From Salpingoeca rosetta (lineage: Eukaryota; Protista; Choanoflagellata), in NCBI GenBank assembly GCA_033442325.1, contig JAWQFM010000001.1, positions 1,482,905 through 1,546,904 on the forward strand: a DNA stretch of 64,000 nt, written 5' to 3'. Of this stretch, positions 52,255 through 64,000 are shown in pieces; the first letter of the stretch is position 1; the number at the start of each line of letters is the position of its first letter. The notes beneath the pieces were generated by a model. That model saw nothing but the letters and a program-made list of their open reading frames with translations, searched no databases and had not been told where the DNA came from. The translations under genes were made by a program, and so were the position numbers.

Positions 52255-54652
52255 AAAATGCCATGCACTGATAGGAGGAGCTGGTGGAGAAAATGGAAGC
52301 GCTGCTTGCGGATTCTGCGACGATGACGGAGCACGCCCGCACACTGAGGACCGAGGTGGACGCGAGGACAGACACGCTGCGCAAGCTGCAGGAGGAAGTG
52401 GCACAGGACATTGCACACGACCGGGAGCACCTGGCCGCGATCCGAGCAGCCATTCAGGACGGCACGTTTGACCGCGACACGCTCGTTGCCCTCAACGAGG
52501 ACGAAAGCCGGCTGGAGCTGGTGCAACAGTGTCTGATTGCCATCCAGAATGCATTCACGGAGCTGCAGGAAGCGACAGGCGACGCCATCAGGGGCCTGGC
52601 TGCGTGGCTGCGAAGTGCCAATGACACTGTCGACGACCACCGCCAAGCAATTGCCACGGCAATGCAAGACGTGAGTCACGAGCTGCAGCATGTTGCTTTT
52701 TCTGCTCGCTTATGTTGCTCCGCTTAACCCGATCGCTCCAATGCTCTCATTATTGGCACGCGTGGATGTCGTCTGCCAATGCAACTGCAACTGCACACAC
52801 ACACAACAACAACTACCAACAACAACACAACAACAACAGCAACAACACACAACGCAACGCAACACAACACAACAACACACAACGCAACACAACACAACGC
52901 AACACAACACAACACAACACAACACAACACAACACAACACACACAAGTAAAGGCATTCACACTGTCGCCAAGATATACCACGCGCATTCTCACCCATCCC
53001 CGCTGCGCTGTCTTTGTTCCAGGTGGATGGCGCGCCACTGAACATTGTTGATCATCACATGGCTCCCGGCTGCCAAACGGCTGTGTCCGTGGACGATGAT
53101 GACGATGACGAGGAGAACGAGGAGAACGAGGAGGAGGAGAAGGAGGAGGAGGAGGAGAAGCAACAGGGAGGGTCAAAGGAGGAAGACGAGGAGGAGGAGG
53201 AGGAGGCAGCAGACGAAAAAGAGAACCGCGATGATGAGGACGAGGACGACGACGCAGTACCCACAGCTCACGTGCAAGATGCACCGGACGGCGAGGAGGA
53301 GAATGACACAGCCGCCGTCACAGACGCTACGGCCGCCACCAACGAGGACGCGCAGCTCAGTGATGATCTCATTGATGAAGAGTTTGTGCAAGTGACGGTT
53401 GATGAGCTGAGCATGTCTGAGGCACAGGCGCTGTTCCCGTCCCCGCCAAGCTCGCCCGTCGCCAGCGTGCATGTGCAAACGAGCACGGCGACCGCCTCGG
53501 ACGTGCACGTGCAGACGGAACCGCAGGCGTCGCTATCAACCACGCCGCTCGTCGATGACAGCATTGTGGAGCACGGGCACGCGGGCAACGACGACTCCAT
53601 GATGCAATCGTCCTTCATGGTGACATCCATGTCTCAGTCTGTCAACCCAGACAAGGCGCGGCAGACGACGCTGGCACTCATGCGCAGGAACGCCCGGCTC
53701 ACGGAAAAGCTTCAAGACCTCAAAGCGCGACTCAAGTCCGTGCAGGCGCACGAGAAGGTGCTGATGAAGGACCTGAGCGTCGAGCGCGACAGGCGGGCAC
53801 GCCGCGAATCAAGGCCGCCAGCAGCAGCAGCGACGGTTGCGCAGCAGCGGGTCAGCACTGGAGACGGCCCGGCGGTCGATGCACGCGCCAAACGCGCTGA
53901 GGAGATCAAGTTGGCGAGCCAGAAGATTGTGGAGGAACTGCGCACGAAGGTGCAGAGCACGGAGCAGGAGAACACAGAGCTCACGGCGCAGGTGCAGACC
54001 TTGCAGCAGGAGGTGGCCACGCTGCGCGCCGAGCTTGCACACGAGCAAGACTTGCGCAACGAGCACGCAAGCAGGCAGCAGGCGGCGGCCGACGACGGGG
54101 AGGAGATGATGGCCGCGCTTCGTGCACAGCTGGAAGACACAAAGAAAGCGCTTGCGCGCCGCAACGCAGAGGCATCACAGCTGCAGGCGCAGGTGGACTC
54201 GCTCACCAGCCAGCTCACCTCGTGCCAGGAGTGCCTTGATGCACAGCGCGACCGCGCCAACACACAGGAAGACGACGCACGCGCGCGTGAGCAGCAGCTG
54301 CATGCCGAAGTGGCACGCCTACGCGAGGACCTGACGCATGCGCGCAGCCTGTCTGAGAATGTGGAGCAGCTTCGTGAGCAGCGCGACACGGCACAGAGGC
54401 GGCTGCAGGACATGGAGCGGCGGCTCACGCAGCGGTCAGATGCCTTGCACGCCATGCAGATGGAGCTGGACAGGAAGGACAAGGGCATTTCGTCACTGCA
54501 GGACCTGCTCAGGAAGGCGGAGGTGGACGCGCAGTCCGCCTCGTCCTCGCAAGAGGCGATTGCGTCGTTGACACATGAGCTGAACAGCGCGCACGATCAG
54601 ATTGCGCTTCTCCAGCAGCAGCTATCGGACCAACAGACAAAGGCGGCCAAGC

Positions 54653-54699
<47 letters not shown>

Positions 54700-55656
54700 G
54701 GCCAGGGGGACACCGTTGTCCTCACGCGGTCGGAGCACCGCAGGCTCTTGCAGGCAGAAGACAGCATGCAACTGATGTTGGAGACGGCCGGGGAGGGCCA
54801 GAAGCGTGTGACAGAGCTTCGAGACGCAAACGCGCAGCTGAGCTCGCAGTTGATGGCGGCAACAGAGGAGCGGGAGGCGATTCGCTCCCAACTCCGCCAG
54901 CGCGAGGATACCATCAGCACCCTCCACCAACAGTACGTGTGCATGTGTGTGTGTCTGTGTGTGTCTGTGTGTGTCTGTGTGTCTGTGTGTGTCTGTGTCT
55001 GTGTGTGTGCATGTGAGAGAGTGTGTGTGTCTGTGTGTGTGTCTGTGTGCGTGTGTGCACGCATTTGAGTTGCGAGCTTGCTTTAGTCTTTGTTTGTACT
55101 CGTCAATTTGTACACGTGCAAGGCACTCATAACCACCTTGGCTCTTGCTCCTCTTCTTCTTCTGTCGTATGTTTAGGATCACGGTGCTCGAGCAGCACAT
55201 GCAGAAACAAGGCGGACAAATGCAATCCCTCCCACCAGGTGCATATGCATGTGTATTTGTATTGTGTGTGTGTGTGTGTGTGTGTGTTAGCTGGCTCTTC
55301 GTGCATGCACGCGTTCTTCCGGATATTTGTTGCCTGTGCGTGTCACGCGCGCACTGCCATTCGCGTTTGCTGCTCATGCTCACGTTGCTCTTTGCTGTGT
55401 GCTGCAAACAGGTGCGCTCCGGCTGGTGACCCGCGGCGACTTTGAAGTTGGCGATGTGATTCTGATTGAGCGCGGGATGGATGGCGCGTGGGTGCGGCAG
55501 GACGACTCGGCCACTGTTGTTATGGACGAGTATGTGACCAGCCTCCACCTCAACGACGCAGATGTGCCGAGCCCGCTTCCCGTGCAAGTGCTGATGGTGC
55601 ACGACTTTGGACACACACAGGGCGTGGAGGTCACGCGCTGCCTCAACGACATGTGA
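50833..55656 (+). CDS. RB1CC1: FIP200/RB1CC1/Atg11-like autophagy scaffold (helical N-terminus, acidic linker, long coiled coil, C-terminal Claw-like domain)
   Basis: RLCKFFEDIIDMEDGLQQG resembles FIP200 KLCSFCEGLVHDEHLQHQG. A 1.9-kb exon (53023-54933) encodes the linker and coiled coil. C-terminal LVTRGDFEVGDVILI resembles the Atg11/Claw motif IAIRDFQVGDLVLI. The 3' end could extend if ACAT|GTGAG is a donor. Confidence 0.6.
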
Positions 55657-55990
55657 GCTGTGTGACATGTGTTTTTTTTTTTTTGGGGGGGGGGTAGCGT
55701 ATCATGTGCAGTGATTGTTTGTTTGTGTTGTCATGTGATGTGATGTGGTTGTATGTTGCTTCATGATGGGACAGGGCTGTTGTCGCTCTGTGTGTATGTG
55801 TGTGTGTGTATGTGTGTGTGTGTGTGTGTTGTTTATGTTGGTGCTTAATTGATGAATGACCGAATACACGAAATCGCACAAGAGCATCAGAAGACGATGG
55901 GAAGAGTGCACGTCGTGTAACACAGGCAGTTGGAGATGGAGAAGAAGGAACAAAGCGCAGCAGTGGCTGTTGGTTCGTTTACAGAGGCAG

Positions 55991-56077
<87 letters not shown>

Positions 56078-56153
56078 CAAGGTGAAGAACAAAGGAGAGG
56101 ACCGCGTGGTCGGTTGATGTGAGGCGGTGGGGGGCAGGTGAGAAACACGAGCG

Positions 56154-60693
<4,540 letters not shown>

Positions 60694-61315
60694 CCTGTGT
60701 GTGTGTGTATGTGTATGCATGTGTGTGTGTGTTTGTGTGTGTGTGTGTGAGTGTGTCTATGTTTGTGTTGGTGGATGTGTGTGTTTATGTTTGTGTTAGT
60801 GGGTCTGTGTATGTGTATGTGTATGCGTGTGTGTGTGTGTGTGTGTATGTGAGTGTGTGTGTGTGTGCATCACCAACACAGGTGTACTTTGTCCGCACCA
60901 ACAGTTCAGCGAACCTTGTGTACCGTCGCTTGCGCCCGCTCGACCGGGTTGTTGAGCTGCGAATCCTCGTATCCCTGTGTCCCCGCGCCCTTTGGTCCTT
61001 GGGCACTCGAGCTTGGTTTGTTGCGAGACACGGCTGCCCACGTTCTGGCATTCACTTGCTCCTCGTCGAAGCGTCCGTACTGCTGCTCCTCTGCACTGGT
61101 GCCTTGGTGTTGGGTCGGTTGTGGGAGTGATAGGGAGTGCGTGACTTGCGTTGCGTGAGTCAGTATGTCTTGCGTGAGTCAGTGTGGGTGGTCCTCAGCG
61201 CAAGAGAGGGTGCTCCTGTGGTGGGATGGCAAGTTGATGACGCACCACACTCGCCACAGGATGGGGATGGCCAGGCAATGGAGGGAAGGGGCGCCAAGTG
61301 AGGCTGTGGAGACCT

Positions 61316-61366
<51 letters not shown>

Positions 61367-61560
61367 TGTGTGCCCGAGGCAAAAGACCTGGACACTCGGG
61401 CAAGGCACTAGTGCAGGGCAGGTTTGGTGTTGTCTGCACTTCTCTTTTTGTGTGCCTGTTGTGGTTGCTTGCTTGTGTGCCTGTTGTGGTGTGTCATCAA
61501 CAACCAAGTGTGCCTTTGGATTGTATGAGCAATTTTCTCCGTTCTCCACAACAAATTGAA

Positions 61561-61634
61561 GCTCCATTGGCGCAGTTGGTTAGCGCGTGAGTCTAATAAA
61601 CTCAAGGTCATCAGTTCGAGCCTGGTATGGAGCA
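61561..61634 (+). tRNA. tRNA-Ile (anticodon AAU, presumably edited to IAU)
   Basis: GCTCCATTGGCGCAGTTGGTTAGCGCGTGAGTCTAATAAACTCAAGGTCATCAGTTCGAGCCTGGTATGGAGCA; anticodon arm TGAGT-CT-AAT-AA-ACTCA; downstream T-run. Confidence 0.95.
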
Positions 61635-62485
61635 ACCATTGTTTATATTTTTGTTTTCTTTTGCTGGGCTTGTTGTGGTTTTCTGTCCTTGCTTCTTGCT
61701 CGCTTCTTGTTTGCTTGCAGGCTTGCCTTGAGACCCAACGCTCTCTTCTTGCCAGCAGGAGAAACAAGAAACAGTCCTTGCCCTTGTTCACTCCACTCTA
61801 CCAGTCTGCTTGCAGCTTTGAGCTCTCCTGATTGCAAACACTACAAGCACTGGCACACACACGCGCGCGCGCACGCACACACAATCCCGCGCCGTCTTGC
61901 TTTGGTCAAAACCCAACAGTGTACTTCCTCCGTCAAACACAAGCACACACACATCGGCGCCCCCAGCACACAGAAAGCAAACAAACCCAAATGGGCGTGG
62001 GACAACCGCGGGTGAGACGCATGCTCAATTAGCGTCAGGCAAGGGCGATTATACAGTAGCAAGGTAGAGAGAGAGGGAGAAGAAGGACGAGATGAAAAAT
62101 GAGCAACCCGCAGACTGCGCTGCGGGTTCTCTTGGGGTGAGAGGGAGGTCAACACACTCAGGCAGGAGACTGGGAAGAGACTGCTTGAGGGGATTGGGAT
62201 GAGAGGGAATAAGCATAGAGATGATACATCTATACATTGAGCGGAAACAAGAAAGGAGGGAGGCAAGGGAGAAAGGGAAGAGAGAGAAGAGAGTACGGTC
62301 TGGTGCTTCAGTACAGATACTGTCATCACATGAACGACAGCAAGATACAACCACAAACAGCCCAGAATAGAGGCGAGAACGGCGACGAGCGAGCCTGTCA
62401 TTAACCAGATGGATACGTTTGGGGGGAGGGGGTGGAAGGCAGTGACGGTGTGAGAAAGTGAGGTCAGGGTGTGATGGGGTGCACT

Positions 62486-62585
62486 NNNNNNNNNNNNNNN
62501 NNNNNNNNNNNNNNNNNNNNNNNNNNNNNNNNNNNNNNNNNNNNNNNNNNNNNNNNNNNNNNNNNNNNNNNNNNNNNNNNNNNNN
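62486..62585. other. Assembly gap (100 N, size probably unknown)
   Basis: Exactly 100 Ns. Confidence 1.
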
Positions 62586-62617
<32 letters not shown>

Positions 62618-62619
62618 AC

Positions 62620-62650
<31 letters not shown>

Positions 62651-62719
62651 CAGACAGAGACACAGAGACACAGTGCGAGAGAGAGAGACAGACACACAGA
62701 CACACACACACACGCGTGC

Positions 62720-62784
<65 letters not shown>

Positions 62785-62990
62785 GCACACGTGCATACAA
62801 ACAAAACAAAAAAGACAAGTGTACGAGTGCGGTAGCGACTAGTAGCTGATGGGAAGCAGCCGTAGTCGACTCTAAGAGCACCCAAGGTGATCTTGCAGCG
62901 AAATGTAAATTCCCAAACCTCAACAGCCCACAAGTCTTCGCAAATAGGGCTGAAAGGCTCTAGCAGCTGCGAGCGTCAAAAAACAACGAG

Positions 62991-63064
62991 TGCTCCATAC
63001 CAGGCTCGAACTGATGACCTTGAGTTTATTAGACTCACGCGCTAACCAACTGCGCCAATGGAGC
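62991..63064 (-). tRNA. tRNA-Ile (AAU), identical inverted copy
   Basis: Exact reverse complement of 61561-61634, with a T6 terminator at about 62978-62983. Confidence 0.95.
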
Positions 63065-63249
63065 TTCAATTTGTTGGAGAGATGGGAGAATTTTGCGAAT
63101 TTAAATGTGAGGCCGATCAGTGCTGATGGCTGTTGCCTTGTTTCTTCTTTCCTTTTCCCTTCCTTTGCTTGCTTGCACACGTGTCACTGTTTGACGTTGT
63201 TGTTGATGAGAAGACGACGAAGAGAACAAAGCGGAGACGAACGACGAAG

Positions 63250-63636
63250 ATGAGGTTGTGGCTGCTGTGTACGTTGGCCGCCCTTGCGCTGACAGCGCTG
63301 CCTCGCAGTGCCGGTACGTCCACACGCAGTGTGTGTGCGTGTGTGTGTTTGTATGTGTGTGTATGTGCGTGCGTGTGTGCGTGTGTGCGTGTGTGTGTGT
63401 GTTTGTCATTCTGCCCCCATCTCTCGTTGTCCCCCCCCCCCTCCTGTTCCTCCTTGCCTCCCCGCCCTCCTCACCAAACACGCACTTGTGTACATACACA
63501 CACTCTTTTTACTCCTATTCCTCACCCACACCCACGCCCCTCACTCCTCCCTGCCCTTACACCCTTGCCAGACGCCAAGATTGCGACGCTTTCCATTGAC
63601 TTTGGCAGTGAGTGGATCAAAGTCGGCATTGTCAAG
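63250..63636 (+). CDS. HYOU1: 5' end (2 exons) of the ER Hsp70-family protein HYOU1/GRP170, partial
   Basis: Signal peptide MRLWLLCTLAALALTALPRSA, then ATLSIDFGSEWIKVGIVK, matching the GRP170 motif MSVDLGSESMKVAIVK. Confidence 0.8.
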
Positions 63637-63669
63637 GTACGCGTCCAAACGTTGCGGCCCAACTCGCCA

Positions 63670-63763
<94 letters not shown>

Positions 63764-64000
63764 TTCGTGAAGCCGTTATTTTCGCCCCCCCCCCTCTGTT
63801 TTCCTTGAAATAAAAAGGTAAAGAGATGGGGGTTTCTTGCTGTAAGATCTAACCTCCATTTTCTCTGTGTGTATTCCTCCTAATTATAAAAAATAAATAG
63901 AGCAGGGAGTGGGCGAGCCCCCCGCCCCATACAAAAGATAAGAATCACCCCCTCTTCCTCTTCACGTGTGTCCCCTTCGTATTTCCTTTTTTTTGCTTTT

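Noticed and set aside
53712-54488. Long antisense ORFs over the FIP200-like coiled-coil exon
   Set aside because: Shadow ORFs expected from GC-rich codon usage on the coding strand.
62040-62485. Purine-rich segment of atypical composition starting with AAGGGCGATT (weakly cloning-vector-like)
   Set aside because: It abuts an assembly gap and is probably low-quality contig-end sequence. No gene or element can be supported.
63780-64000. AT-rich tail unlike the rest of the window
   Set aside because: The expected next HYOU1 exon is not recognisable. It is probably intron or low-quality sequence.

Overview
Eukaryotic, gene-dense and intron-rich genomic DNA. Almost every intron is filled with (CA)n/(GT)n-type microsatellites. 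Gene content and style point to a choanoflagellate such as Salpingoeca rosetta (inference). Most ORFs in the supplied track are artefacts of the repeats, so genes were rebuilt by hand from spliced exons. Left to right: 3' end of a membrane protein, a small hypothetical gene, a divergent MsrB-like gene, TADA1, TTC8/BBS8, MCM6, LZTFL1/BBS17, NUP93, a secreted 2-EF-hand protein, CFAP410, CHK1, a DGAT2 with a long multi-TM N-terminal extension, tRNA-Gln(UUG), a secreted coiled-coil/fibrinogen-related protein, a FIP200/Atg11-like gene, ULK3, two identical inverted tRNA-Ile(AAU) genes and the 5' end of HYOU1. There are two assembly gaps. Main observations: (1) three head-to-head pairs each couple a ciliary gene to a nuclear or cell-cycle gene, with E2F/CHR/CCAAT-like and X-box-like motifs in the shared promoters; (2) several introns carry 5'-(GT)n...(CA)n-3' complementary repeats; (3) the Gln and Ile tRNA genes share an upstream motif; (4) a FIP200-like gene with a LIR motif lies tail-to-tail with a CaaX-ending ULK3. 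Gene names come from remembered motif similarity, not from database searches.
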